From Xylographa opegraphella (lineage: Eukaryota): 64,000 nt of DNA. Below are positions 1-13,502 of this stretch, piece after piece. Position numbers and translations under genes: made by a program. The notes below the pieces were generated by a model. The model did no database searches, was not told where the DNA came from, and was given only the letters and a program-made list of their open reading frames with translations. Within the stretch, counting starts at the first letter, position 1. Each line of letters begins with the position of its first letter. The stretch spans positions 186,001 to 250,000 of the forward strand of contig JALDZX010000030.1 of assembly GCA_022813865.1 (NCBI GenBank), read 5' to 3'.

Positions 1-3000
1 GGAACCGTGCAAGACAGCAGAAAACGGGGTCCTGGCCGTCCAAGAGTACGCCCTCTTCCTACGACCGTACACAAACACGAAGAGAACGGGGATGAAGAAA
101 CAGATTTCAGAATCCAGGTCCCCCCTACACCCACGTCGCCATCTACACACTCTACGAAGATAAAGAAGGAGAACATCAGTGAAGACAGAGATATGTCACC
201 GTCAAAACCAAAGGGACGTCAACCGAAATCCGTTTCCTCCCGGAGAAAGCACAACAGTCGTGATCAGACTGATGTAATCGACGAGGAAGCTTTCAGAGGT
301 TTCGATTACCGTGTCGACAATCAAGACGAGTGGACAGCTGAAAGATGTCAGGAGCTAGAGACAGCCTATTGGAAGAGCTTGACCTTCAATAATCCCATGT
401 ATGGGGCAGATATGCCTGGGTCGCTTTTTGATGACTCCACAGAGAGTTGGAATGTCTCAAAACTTGAAAATCTACTGGACGTGCTGGGTCAAAAAGTACC
501 AGGGGTTAATACCACCTATCTCTATCTCGGTATGTGGAAAGCAACATTCGCGTGGCACTTGGAGGATGTGGACCTTTACAGCATCAATTACATCCACTTC
601 GGAGCTCCAAAGCAATGGTACAGTATCTCACAGGAAGATGCACGAAGGTTTGAAGCTGCGATGCGAAGTGAGTCGAAGATTTTGCTTAAGGGTTCGAGTC
701 TCGCTGATGGTGTTTGTCAGACGTTTGGCCCAACGACGCCAGGAACTGTGACCAATTTCTACGACATAAAACTTATTTGATCTCACCTCAGCTTTTGCAG
801 TCGCAGTACAATATCAAGGTCAATCGATTGGTTCACAACGAAGGGGAGTTCGTCATTACCTATCCCTACGGATATCACTCCGGCTACAATCTTGGCTACA
901 ACTGCGCAGAATCCGTCAATTTTGCAACAGAGTCTTGGCTTGATTATGGCAGAGTGGCCAAGAAATGTAACTGTGAGGCCGATAGCGTTTGGGTGGATGT
1001 TGCCGATATTGAGAGGAAGCTTCGCGGAGAACAGACACCTGAATACTATGAAGAAACTGATGACGACGACGAGGAAGATGAGGATGAAGACGAGGAAGAT
1101 GGACCCACTGACTTACCAACCCCTCCAGGCAGTGATAAGGGAAAACCGAAAGTCCGGAGTCACAAAAGGAAGCGTGATACTGCTGACAAAGAACCGAAGC
1201 CTAAAATCAAGAGGTTGCGCATTAAGATCAGCATACCTACGAAAGAGCCTTGTGTGCTTTGTCCGAACGACAATCGTTTCGAGGTACTACTCCCTACAGA
1301 CAATGGACAGAAGGCTCATCGACGTTGCGCCTTATATACTCCAGAGACATACATCGCCGAGGAGAACGGCGCGGAAACGATATGTGACATCAGCCGAATT
1401 GACAAGGCACGCCTGGAACTGAAGTGTAATTACTGCCGGAACAAGCGGGGCGCCGTATTTCAATGTTCACAGAAGAAATGCACCCGAGCATATCATGCAA
1501 CGTGTGCTGCTTCTGCAGGTGTTCAGGTAGATATCGGCATTGTGCCAGTTTTCGGAGAAGATGGTACCGAATACACTGATACCGGCATCGATTTTCGTTG
1601 TCGATTCCATCGTGTCAAACGGCCAAAGTCGACCGACAAGGAGATGTATAGCGCTACTCTAGAGGAGAGTTCTCTGATCCGGAAATATGCGACCAAGCTT
1701 CCACGAGGTGAAGTCGTCCAAGTGCAATACTTTCAAGGTGATATCTTTGCAGGTGTTGTACTTGAGAATCGGAAAAGTGAACAAACGCTATTGATCGAAG
1801 TTCTTCCAAAAGGGTATGTTTTGCATTGTGCCTTCGGTTCGACTTCAGCTAATTATGGTATAAGTGATACGGTTGAGGTCGAGTATAAATGGCTTCTTGT
1901 TTTTGATCCTGCGAATTCGCAGCTGCCGATACCTTCGGAGAACGCTAAGCCTCTACCTGCACATCTTGCTCGGAAGTCCCAAACGAGTACGCAAGATCCC
2001 TCCAATGATGTCCCAAAAGCAGATGAACCGTTTTGTGATCCAAATGGACGACACATTTGGTCCGAATTTCATACGGCAAAGTTCCCTCGCAACGTTGCGC
2101 AAACCAAGATTGATCTAACCAAGCCAAAGCAACTTTGGTTCTATCTTGGTAAAACTTCGACCGAAGCTAAAGCACAATACACGGCAGATCTCGCGATCAA
2201 GATCAACGATCTTGCTGCAAACTTCTTAGAAAGCGTCAAACCCGTCATAACGACTGTACAGCCTGTGGTTCGCAGATCCTATCCTGCTTCATTTCCTAGC
2301 CAACCAGGCATAAATATCAATGCCATCAATGCCGCGCGCGTCAACATGCATATCAAGCAACAGGCACGTCCTCCACAGGTTCGACCGCCGCAGCCGATAC
2401 AGGAAAAGCCATACAACGGCAAGTATGCTATCAAAGATCCCATCTCGTTTCCAACCACCAGTGGATGTCAGGTTGACCATCAAGCACTGCACAACCAGCG
2501 GGCATTTTTGCAGACAGCTTCGGCCTATCCTACGCCACAGTATATCCGGCCGGGCAGTTACCAAGCGCCACCTGCTCATATGCGCCATTCAAGCTCTGCG
2601 CCTCTCCCTACTATGGCTGAGGTCCAGCGTCGTCAATCTCTTACCCCAAATAGCATTGTTGATTACCGTCGTGTAGGTTTGATGAAGTTGTTTTCTGATC
2701 ATTGGAATACTAATGTGTTGCAGTTGGCACAACCCTCTCATCAGCAATATCATCAGCACCAACAAGCGCAACTTCAAGCTCAGCCGCAAGCTCCCGTTGC
2801 CAATATGATGTCCAGCGGTACCCCACCTGGTCGAAATCCTTTCAGCCGTCCATCATCTAGCCAGGCCTTACCTTCCCCGACGGCTTTGAGTCCAGCGATA
2901 AGCCAAAATCGTTCTCGGAGTGCTTCTATAGAAGTTCTCATCAAGTATCCTTATCTTTATGAAGCAGCATTGAAGCGTCCAGCTGTATATCAGTCACCTT

Positions 3001-3710
3001 ATGCTACTGGAGGCGGATTTACGAAGGAGTGGCTTCCAAACCCAGCTGCTGCACCACCACAACGTCCAAGAACCATAAGCCTCAGCCAAGATTTTCTCAT
3101 GAAACGTACCGCAAGCCAGCAAGAGTATGTCAAGACCCATGTGCGACATGTCAGCGCGGAAAAAGCTCTATTCCAGCAACAACAGCAGCAAGAAATACAA
3201 AAGCGTCAATTTGAACTCAAACAGCAAGCTCTCATGCCACCTCCAATCTCGCCCCCAGTTCCACTCGACTTAGGATCTCACCATTCAATGCAACAAATGA
3301 CCCATCCCCAGAGCTTTCAGCCACAGACTTTCCACCAACACCAACCATTTTCTCGCTCCGAAGAGTTTGTTGACTTCCAATCGCCTTACAACCCACCTTC
3401 CCATACTTATCCACACCTCCTGCATCAAGATCTAGACCCTTTCCCCTCAACAAATACCTACCAGCCTCCAGGCCTCCAGTTTCAGTCTCCTCGCGATTTC
3501 CAGCTACAGATGCAGCGAGAGGCGCAGCAGAGCAAGGAATCTGCAGGCTACGAGGCCTTCCTGAGAGAGATGCAGGAAGTCGGGAACGTACACCCACATT
3601 CGCACGGTCGCTCTGATGGCACAGTTGGCGGGGAAAGCGGCAGTCCGTTACGGCAGGGCATGCGTGCCGCGGGCGGCGAAATGCTGCCCATGATGCGGGA
3701 CCAGTACTGA
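1..3710 (+). CDS. kdmA: JmjC-domain histone demethylase, KDM4/Rph1/KdmA type (5' end lies before the window)
   Basis: JmjC motifs PMYGADMPGSLF, GVNTTYLYLGMWKATFAWHLED, YSINYIHFGAPKQWY, GYHSGYNLGYNCAESVNFA; PHD-like Cys/His finger (CVLC...HRRCA...CNYC...CSQKKC...YHATCA...CRFH); Q/P-rich tail. Introns 668-720, 1814-1864, 2673-2723; stop at 3710. Confidence 0.93.
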
Positions 3711-4544
3711 GCTGGCTCGGCTGGGGTGCCGCTCGACTCAGGTTACGACTCCATGACATGATTATACAGAAACAATTTTTCACACACCCCCTTGCACGTG
3801 TTCTTTATATGGGATGCTCAGCTCACCCTGGCTCACGCTATGATCCGTTCGACCCTTGAGCTGTGGGAATCTTTCTGAGCGAAAGGGGTGCGGGGATGGG
3901 GGGTGGAGTGGTGGGGAGGTGGCTGGTTTGAGAGAGTATGGTGGGCGAGATTCGTCACTTGTGCTTATGCTTGGTGAGGAAGCTTGTTGTGTACCTTACG
4001 GGTGGATGGACATGCGATCGGCTCGAGGTTCGTTCCAGGGGTGGTGATGTAGATAGGTGGTGGGAATGCGAATGAATACGAGCTGTTTATGATGTGTGTG
4101 TGGCTGTGCATGATGCAAAGTGGGCCCGGTTCTCCGATTTGCAAGTACATCATGTTGATATCTTGTTTTGTTTTCGGGATGCAGATTCGTGACGGGGTCT
4201 CGGTGGGGGTGTGCATCACTGAAGGGCTTGGGACGCATAGTCGACCGACACGTTTATGCTATGTTCGCGACGAAGCGGTTGCTTTCCTGCCCACTGGGCT
4301 GGAAGCTAGCAACGCGCTCCTGTCGTCGGTCGTATACTCCCACCCACCCAATCATCCGCCCCCACCAACTCAGCCGCGCGAGCTCAGCACTACCCCTCCT
4401 CCACTACCCAGTCCGCCGCACCGTCTCACCCTCCTCCACTCTTCCATTTCCCGGTCCGCCTCCTCATTCACTCACTCACGTACCCCATATCCCCATATCC
4501 CCATATCCCCACACCCCCCTGCCCATTCAACACCCCCAGCCTAC

Positions 4545-6065
4545 CTACCTCCCCACCACAGCCCTCACGCCCCCTCCCCACACCTGAAACTCGACCCCCG
4601 CCTCCCCGGCCCGTACGCCCTCCACCCACGGCGCAAACACGACACGCATCCAGCGCCGCCACGCGCGTGGCGCCCATTCCGCGCGCTCGATGCCAGCGCC
4701 CGCATCTTCGCTGCGGAGCGCATTCGATCCTGGCTTTGTGTCGTGGGCTGCACGCTCTTGATCAACAGCGGGCCCGCGCTGGCGCAGATAGGCGGCTTCC
4801 TTGACGAGGGCGATTCGGCATGCGATCTGGTGCGCCCATACGAGGCCGAGGGAGGGTGTTTTGAGATCGGGGCTTGGGGCGTGAGATTGGTGAGGGGGGA
4901 GGGGCGTGTCACCCCAGCCGGTGAAGAAGCGCTGCTGGTGGTCGAGTGTCAGCGCTGAGGGGTGTGGTGTTGGGATTGGTGTGGATGGCGGGGCAGATGC
5001 CACGGCTGCGAAGAGGGATTGCGTCGAGCGAGCCTGCAGCTCCGGCGGGAGCGGGGAGGGTGACGAATGCGGCCATGCCGGGACGGGCGACGACGATAGC
5101 CCGGTGTGGAGGGGCGTCGGCGAGGGACTCAGTGCCGTGGGCGCGAAGCGGTCGCCGACTTGGTTGGCGACGACGATTGCGCAGTCGTGCTGGCGGGCGA
5201 GCGAGCGCAGGAGGTGGCCGAGGCGGACGAGGTCGGCGGAGCGCTGGGCGAGGGCGGCCGGATGGGTGGATGGCGTGGCGGTCAGCGAGGACGTCTCGGC
5301 GCGGTAGTTGGCGGCGATGGAGTCGATGACGAGAAGGGCGGGGCGGTGGCGCGCGAGCGCGACGGGGAGTTGATAGTGTAGGATGTGGTCTTGGGATTCG
5401 AGGTCCGGGGTTTGTAGGGTGAGGATGCGGGAGAGGGAGGGGGTGGTGGGGGCAGGGAGGGCGGAGAGGAGGGGGTGTGTGGTGAGGAGTTGGGTGAGGC
5501 GGGTGGTGGGAAGGGCGTGCTCGGTGGAGATGTAGAGGGTGGGGCGGGACAGGCCGTGCGGTGGGGGAAGCTGGGCGGAGAGAAGGAGCGTGAGGAGGAG
5601 TTGGGTCTTGCCCGCACCGCTGGGGGTGGGTCAGTGGCTGTATATTGGGGAGAAGGGCTTGACGTACCTCTCGCCCGTTATCTCCGTGATGTAGCCTGTC
5701 GGAATCCCGCCACCCAAAGCGGCATCCATGTCACCGTCAAGGGTACTGATCGTACTCCATTCACGCCTTAGCCCCCTCCTCAATGCCCCCCTCTCCACCT
5801 CCCGTCCCACCACCTTCACACCACCATCCTGTGAAGCCGAGGCCCCACCGCTACTGTCAAGGCCTAGCTGGCCCTGCAACTGCGCGAGGATATCAGCAAC
5901 GAGCTTCCGCACATCGAGCACGGGCAGCTGGGCACGCTTGGCGATGTCGGTGGCTTCGAGGGTGAGCAGATCGGTGCAGGTGATGAGGTGCTTCTCCAGC
6001 GAGGGGATCAGGTGGGAGTAGTCGGCGGTGGAGAAGGCGGGCAGGATGTGCAGCAGATCTGTCAT
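4545..6065 (-). CDS. RAD57: DNA repair protein Rad57 (RecA/Rad51 paralog)
   Basis: Exons 6065-5668 and 5619-4545 (491 codons). Walker A ITEITGE|SGAGKTQL is split by intron 5667-5620; C-terminal LDHQQRFFTGWGD, KTPSLGLVW, RRWMRVVFAPW motifs typical of fungal Rad57. Confidence 0.92.
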
Positions 6066-6106
6066 GAGGAGAGGAGAGGAGAGGAGAGGAGGTGCATGCC
6101 GCAGGA

Positions 6107-6121
6107 ACGCGGTGCACGCGT
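6107..6121. promoter_or_regulatory. MCB-like (MBF) elements upstream of RAD57
   Basis: ACGCG at 6107-6111 and perfect ACGCGT at 6116-6121, about 45-55 bp upstream of the RAD57 ATG; MCB boxes are typical of G1/S and DNA-repair genes. Confidence 0.5.
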
Positions 6122-6163
6122 AGGATACGTCATTGCGTAGGTTGCGGGTACCCTAAGTCTAGA

Positions 6164-8300
6164 CTAGCCCGGTTGGTAGGCGTGCAGGGCTTGGCGTTCC
6201 TGGTCAATTGATGACAGGATCTGGGTTGGGATGAATGCTACGTGAAGGGGTTCGAGTGGTTCACACAGCCGTCTCGGATTGTCGATTCTTGTGGGGCGGT
6301 ATGGTATGAATACGTTGACCCACTTGTCCGAAGTCGAACGCTCAAAAGTGGCCAATGTGTCTGAAATAATCGCTCTTGTGAGCGTATCTTCCTCCTCTTC
6401 CAATGATATACATAATATATATGAGGCCCCTCGAACGAGGTTTCATTGAGGAATTTCCTCTGATAGTGATAATAAAGTTTTATTTTTGTTAATCCAAATG
6501 TATCTCTCTCATGTGCGACTTCTACTGTTTCCTCCCACGTATATATTAGGTCACTATGCCTTTTCCTCAAACACGATCAATACTTCTCAGATCATCGAGC
6601 TTCAAAAGCAGAGTTACGCAAAGAAGAGCTAAAACTTCAAACAATGATAGACACTGCACCCTCGACGCCTGCACCATCTGCGGAAACATCAATGCCAAAA
6701 GAGCGGTGGTAAATCCAGGGCTAAACCTAAGTTCAAGCTAGAAGACCTCGATCAGTATTAAGCTGTTATAAACATGCCCAGGCCATAATCGAAAATGAGG
6801 CTCAGCCAAAAGGTGGAAAACCCTTGGAACTTGCATACGGGCAGAAGACCTCGAGTTGCGGAAATCTCGTCTGCTTGCTACCTAAGTCAGTCGGATTTGT
6901 GATAATGGGACACCATGATCTCGAAGATTTAGCGATTGATAAAACCCCGGAAAAGCCAGTGAAATCCTCCTCGATTTCATTCTTGATACTTCTCTTCTGC
7001 GGGTTTTCACGAGATAGCACCCAGAATAAGATGTGGAAGAAGCGAAATGCATGGAAAGACAGACGAAGAGGAACAGGAGGAGTTTAGCTACACGAAAGCA
7101 CGAGCAAGAACCACAGAATATTACAAATTCGAAGAGATGACGCGAGAAGACCTGAAGGCTCACGTGAAACTGCATCCGGAAGACCGTACAGCACGGCGTG
7201 CTCTTACGAAAAGCTAAATAATATTCTAATGGTCAAGATGAAAAAAACGTCAAGCCAGCTCGATGAGCATCAGAAACAGATCTCATCTTTGAGAAGTGGT
7301 ATCAGACACTTGGTTCAAACCTCAGAAGGTTATCTATTGACTCAAGGCGATTTACATACATATGCCAATGCGATATCAAGGCCATGTAGCAGCTCTGGGA
7401 GATGGATCCAACAAGTCACTCACGCACCGTCTATTTCTGTGGCTACCGCCATCGGAGGCTTTAATTTCTCGCTGTATCACAAGGTTCTAGAACATCACAT
7501 CACAGCTTACACTGTTGTTACTCCTTTGATTGATTTCTGAGCCGTACATAGATCTGAGCTTTACATGTTAACGTGTCAAGGGCCTCCGTTTATTCGTATA
7601 CTGTCGGCCTTTTTCTACACATCTTGTATTCTCCTCGCTGAACCTGGCATTCCAGGTGAACTAAAATATAATGCAAGAAACATCGTACAGCAATACAAAC
7701 AGTATCACTCCCCATCGATCGCCGACGCTTTCCGCAATGCTCAAACTTCCGTACCAACGAAGTCCGCTAAGAGGCTCAAACACCAGCGTCTCTGGACTCG
7801 ACTATGCCAGCGATTCTTTCGATGGCTACTTAAAACTCTTTATTACCTTTTCAATACTGATATCGTTAGAATATACCGCATACGCAGTCACCATGTCCCG
7901 TTGCCGAAAGTATCAGCAAATCTATTTATAGCCGATTCAAATAAATTGCTTCCTAACAGTTCGTTCCTTGTCCTAAGCTTACACGTCAATAAGGACCGTC
8001 TGCCAAATCCTTTCACGACAACGTCGTTGTCTGCTTATCTTATCAGTCTCTGGGCCGATAACTCGTCCATCCAGAATCACTGGTGGGCACAATACTCAGC
8101 CTCATATCCTTTGGAATAACAAAATCAATCCCTTTATCAGAAAAAGCATAGCAATGCTATCTCAAGTATTCGTACTATAACAGGCAAGATTATTATCAAA
8201 CCCCAACCCCTTCTCCTCGATGAGCTCCTATTCCAAAAATCCCCATACCTAAACCATTTATAATCCCTCTCTCTTCAAAAGATAAACCATCCAGGGCTAT
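6164..8300. pseudogene. Patch of degenerate coding-like fragments of unknown origin
   Basis: AT-richer than flanks; protein-like ORF pieces broken by frameshifts or stops (6570-6164 minus; 7080-7345 plus, EMTREDLKAHVKLHPEDRTARRA / YEKLNN...RHLVQTSEGYL; 7565-8280 plus). No domain recognised. Confidence 0.3.
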
Positions 8301-9292
8301 CAACCACGATCTGCATTCCAGACACCTCAAGAAACGAGAAACATCCTATAACCAAAGAACCCCCCCCCCTACACTGGCGCCACACGGTCACTACCTGCAC
8401 CCCATTCCACTCCCCCGTGATTAACATACAGCCAAAGCACACATATCAGTGATCGACGCGGAACCACCCCAAATCTCACCACTCCACATTCCCAAAATTC
8501 AACCTCACTAAACGCCGCCGTCGGGCGTCTTCTCGTATCAACCACTTCTCAAGAACATTTCCGCACTCCCCCGCTCCCTGCTCCAAAGTTGAAGTATATC
8601 GACTGCAGCCACTCACCCAGCAAAGCACCCCAACACCTCCACAACCCTCATGTACCAGCACCCTACACATTCCGCAACAAGAACTCAGAAATCACCCAGC
8701 AAGCCCATGTCTAAGCCAGATCTCATAGTGGCCGATCAGAAGACTTTCGCAGAATATTCAGCCTGCTAGATCCCCAACGACGTGGATTATGTTCACGATG
8801 CTAGGCGAGGCGCCCGGCCGGGTTTTCATCTGCCCGTTCGGCGACCTTCGGTGCTGCTACCAGAGGGACGGTGTCAAAGGGGTTTTTATTGGGGGGGGGG
8901 GTTGTGAGCAGCTGGCGGCGTACCGAGACAGATTCTGGAATGGGTGGTAGGACGGCATGAGGCGCCTCACACGATTGGAAGCCCCTTGAAGAACCAGGTC
9001 ATGAAAAAGTAGGCGGGTATTTGATTGAACATCACAGTCTTTGCATCGTAGGTATCGGATAGAGGAAAATATTTGCAAAATATACAATTTCCTAATACAA
9101 TGTGATCTACATATGTGATCAAGAAAAGAACCCTTCGCCTTTCAGGCCGTCGACAAAATCTACACGATAGCAAGCTGAGCTCGTATGTGATGCAACCTGT
9201 CCCTGCGCCTGATCTATGCGTTCATTACCAGTACCCGCAAATCATTTACTTTTGAAATCCATACTCATTTCGTCCGGGTACATTTTTCCGAC

Positions 9293-10996
9293 TTATAACG
9301 CCGCAACAACGGCGAATAGCACGGCAATGGTCCCAGCGATAGAGCGAACAGTGACAACTGAGCCACCACCCACGGCAATCGTGGCAGATGGTGAAGCAGG
9401 GGTAATGATACCTCCAGTGGACACAGTGGCATTGCTTCCAGGGCCGGTGACTATGGGAGCGACTGTTGTCATCAAGACCTCGGTGGTTGAGGAACCAGGG
9501 GCAACGGAAACCACTGTGGTGATGAAGGTGAAAGGAACAGAACCGGGCGCAAGCCCCGACACTGATGTAGCAACGATCGAGCTTGAAGCTGGTGGGGAGA
9601 CTGGAACTACACTCGCAGCTGCAACGGATGTAGCGCTTGATGTGAACACAGTGGTCGAGACTGCGTACATGGTGGTCGAGACTTTAGCCGGGCAGTTGGT
9701 AATGGAGGAACCACACGAAGTCACAGTGATCTCCTCGGTGGTGTAGACTATGCTTGAGACCGGAACAGCGGTGACCATGGTGCTGGCCGACAGAGTAGTT
9801 GAAGCTGCGACCACGGAAGAAGCCGGTGAGGACTCTGCAGAGATAACGATAGGACCAGATCCAGCGGAGGAAGTTAAACCACTTTCTTTCGAGGCAATAG
9901 CACTAGCTCCTTGGGACGAAGCGATTGAGGTAGTTGCTGAAGAGGTCGCAGCAGCAGATGACGCAGCAGATGAGGAGCTGCTGCTAATGGCGGCACCTAC
10001 GGCAGGGCACGTAAGATTGTATAGAGGCGTAGTACTAAGGGTGGAGCCTACAAGTCCGAAGCTGGGACTTGGAGTACTCGGAGCAGCGTCCTGTAGCGTG
10101 TACCAGAACGTATTTATCTTGCCTAGTACTGTACACGCAACTTGGTCCCAGTAAGTCTGAGCATTTGCAATGCTGGGAACGGCCAAGTTCTCAGTGGGGC
10201 CACTGACGGGCCATCCAGTCTCGGTGATCCAGACAGGCTTGCTACCTACAGCAGCGGTCGTATTGTAATAAGCCTCGAAAAACGTTACATTACCAGTTTC
10301 AATAGAGTTGTCCTCGGTGTTCTGGAAGTATGGGTACGCATCCATACCAATGAAGTCAGAAGCGGCGATGACAGCGTCGTTAGACGAGTTCACCCAGGCA
10401 GTCCATGTATCGACATGTCCAACCGGAGCTCCACTTAGTGGAGTGTTAGCTATGGCAGTACGAACTTGACCAATGAAATTGGTGATGACATCTGGACCAG
10501 CTCCAATACCATCGTTTCCGGCGATCCCGGTGGGTGAGATACGATACAAGTCCTCACTGCCAACCGAGATACCAATGACTGCACTGCCAAAGGCAGAACC
10601 ATGCATGGAAATAGCCTGGCTGAGCGCCGAGAGTTCGTTGTTGAAGTCGGCTTGACCGGCAGATGCCCACAACCCAAGCAAGAGCGAAGTCTTCGTGTTG
10701 ATGGCGGCTTGGATAGCTTCGATGGGACTGTTTGTGGTACCAGCTTGCTGGAAAGTGTCAGCTCTCACCCAATGAGAGATATAAGACATCTGACTTACAA
10801 TCATGGTGTACAGCCTGGCACTCGTGAAACCGGAGGTGCCAACAAGATTCTGGGCGGTGGTGAACTCGCTCTGATAGTCTGACTCCATTTTGGGTGAGCC
10901 ATCGGTGAAGGTTGAGCCATAGTTGAAGCCCTGAAGAGCGGCGGCGGACGTGGTAGCGAGTGACACCGCGAGGGCGAAAAGACTTGAAGTGAGCAT
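9293..10996 (-). CDS. eglC: Secreted, probably GPI-anchored GH17 endo-1,3-beta-glucanase (EglC-like)
   Basis: Signal peptide; [46 protein letters not shown] motifs; Ser/Thr-rich stalk; hydrophobic C-terminus. Intron 10798-10748. Confidence 0.93.
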   Translation of the reverse strand: MLTSSLFALAVSLATTSAAALQGFNYGSTFTDGSPKMESDYQSEFTTAQNLVGTSGFTSARLYTMIVSQMSYISHWVRADTFQQAGTTNSPIEAIQAAINTKTSLLLGLWASAGQADFNNELSALSQAISMHGSAFGSAVIGISVGSEDLYRISPTGIAGNDGIGAGPDVITNFIGQVRTAIANTPLSGAPVGHVDTWTAWVNSSNDAVIAASDFIGMDAYPYFQNTEDNSIETGNVTFFEAYYNTTAAVGSKPVWITETGWPVSGPTENLAVPSIANAQTYWDQVACTVLGKINTFWYTLQDAAPSTPSPSFGLVGSTLSTTPLYNLTCPAVGAAISSSSSSAASSAAATSSATTSIASSQGASAIASKESGLTSSAGSGPIVISAESSPASSVVAASTTLSASTMVTAVPVSSIVYTTEEITVTSCGSSITNCPAKVSTTMYAVSTTVFTSSATSVAAASVVPVSPPASSSIVATSVSGLAPGSVPFTFITTVVSVAPGSSTTEVLMTTVAPIVTGPGSNATVSTGGIITPASPSATIAVGGGSVVTVRSIAGTIAVLFAVVAAL

Positions 10997-13502
10997 GGCT
11001 GTGGGATATAGCGAGTGTATGTGAAGTTGGATATCAACAAAAAAGAAGCGTAGTACACAAGAAGACAGAGATCAGCGAGAGTGGTATGAACAGAGAAAGT
11101 GACGAGAGGAAGAAATAGAGGAGAAGAGGGAACCGGCGTGCTTGCTGTTATGTAAGACCACTCCGCGTCGAAGGGTCTTTCCTGCACTGAGCTGGTGCGG
11201 GTGCGGGGATCCTTACTAAATTTAGGTCGTCAGTTCCTAAAATCTTTTCTTTGTGACGTCAGCCCTCGTACCTGCAGCGCTATGGTCACACCACCCGCGG
11301 TGCGATCTGGAAAGGAGTCTTCTCGGGTTTGAGATCAGGAAGGAAACATCTTGTAAATTGTGGATGCACTGGTTCTATCACGCTGGGATGGTCTTTGCTA
11401 TTCACTTCTGGTCGCAGAGCGCCAGCTACGTGGTCCTGTGGCCAAGGATGTCCAGGCGGGGGTCTTGGATAGGGGTAAGGTAGTTAGAGTTCGTCTGCAC
11501 CAACATTACCAACGTGCGATCTTGGCTATGCACACAATCTTCTTACCCGATCAAGCTAAAGGACCGGCTCACACGGGAGAGGGATTGCCACTAAAACACG
11601 CGGCTGAAACAAAACGGCCTCTCGGTCTTCTGCCCCCGTGTTCCGTGCGATGGCAAGTGCTGGCTTCGATGTCTACTCTATGGAGTACCAACCTTATTAT
11701 GCTTTTATCGCGACCTCCAATAAGAGACTGCCGCCCGGTTATTGTTATATTGGTATTGTTTTCCATCGTATGCAATGAACCACTACATTCCGGCCCTCTG
11801 TTCAGCATTCTGCTTGCTTGTTCACAGTAGAAGTATTCTGGCACCAATGGGCCACAACCGCAGAGTAGTAATGCCGCATCATCCACCCGTGACACGCCGC
11901 GCGGCAGCTGCAAGCCCAATATCACAAACCCTGCGGTGCTTTTTCGAAAAGATGATGGCTGATAAGCATGTGTAATAATACGCGTTCACGCCGTGACCGT
12001 CCTAAAAGGGGTTAGCTAGTTATCATCAGCGGTCCGGCTTGGACAGACGACGGACAACGGACGACGGACGACGTCGTACACATAGCAACGCGACTCTGCT
12101 TTGCAAGGACACACGCTGTGAAGTAACGTTGTCATCTTCCTCCATGTCCTCTTTGTCATTCTTACGTCCGGCGTCTTCGTGTGGGCTCGTAGACATACAC
12201 GGTTCCTTGTGGCTCCAGCAGAATTCTCTATTTCCAGCCGCTGAAGTGCTGCAGTCCCTGCTCCGACTCTTACCTTCTGTACTGAGCGTTGTGCTATTCG
12301 AAGGGAGTTATCACCAATCCTTGATAAGATTCCGTCGTCCAACTTTTTCTCTCTATGACTGGGCGCTTTGTTGTCCCACTTTGCTCGTGCCGCAGTGAAT
12401 TTCTGACCAGGTATCACGATCTTGAACATACGGCCGAAGGCAGACTCGTCAGGACTTGTCAAGTCGGCGATGTGTTCCCAATGCTCATGCTTTATGTGCT
12501 TCGTTCGTCCGTTTCCCGCTTCAGTATCTTCTCAGCTCTCGTCTCCCGTGATTGGATGTGCTGCTGCATAGTGATAGCGTTTCTGTACTGGCTTTGTGTC
12601 TCCTCTCCTTCAAATTGGCATGTTGGGTGGTTCTATTATCATGCTGCATTGTCTCTCGAATTCCCAATTTCCCAGGATGATTTCAATCGAAAGATTCATA
12701 CTGCTCGACAATCGAAGTGTCTACTACCCGTTTCGGATCAACTCGTACAGCGAAGTCGTCCCGAATCATTTATCCGTTCCTTTGCCTGTTGGTTGGGGGC
12801 AAAACTGCCCACGGAATTTGTGTATAAAGAGTGCGAGCGCCGTCTTCGCCGTGAAATATTTGAACATGGAGAAGATTGGTCTGAGCTGAGGTCAATCTGC
12901 GTGCAGACAGCAATGGCTCCTCAAGATTGTGTCTTCTGGTGGACGAGTTGGTAATGCTATATACAGCCATGTACCCATTGGCTGCCGTCACTTGATCTTC
13001 AATCATACGAGTATGTGATCACATGGAGCTGGCCTCAAGATATTCTGCCTATACTTAGGCTTGGGTCATCAGAAGCAATTGGTTCAGCATTCGTTCTGAA
13101 GCCACCCACTGAACATAGGAAATATATTCACGGAGCCGCTATGACAAAACTTTACTGGCAGATACACGCTAGTTGAAGACACCGGAGATTATCACATATA
13201 TTACCTCTGTGTTATACGACATATCTTTATCACGCTAGCCAAAGACTGAGGTCCATCGCGCTTTGTGGTTCACTTGGCGACCTTTTCTATCTATCATCCA
13301 GAGTCTCACGATCATCTTCAAGCCACGCTTCTACTTTGCATGGTTGTAGTGTATGCTGATCACTATCTATGAGAACGGCGTTGTACTAGACACTATCAAC
13401 TGTAGCTTAAGCCTCTGCGGTTCTTCTTCTTCTCAAATAACCACTTTCCATTATTTGGTTTGACCTTATCATACATTGTCAACTGAAAATCAAAAATCGA
13501 CA

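Noticed and set aside
4089..4958. 289-aa plus-strand ORF
   Set aside because: Antisense to RAD57 and its 3' region; Pro/His content follows the C-rich skew.
11253..13006. Medium ORFs between eglC and the Pth11-like gene
   Set aside because: No recognisable motifs or consistent exon chain; treated as long divergent promoter DNA, though a decayed fragment near 12650-12950 cannot be excluded.
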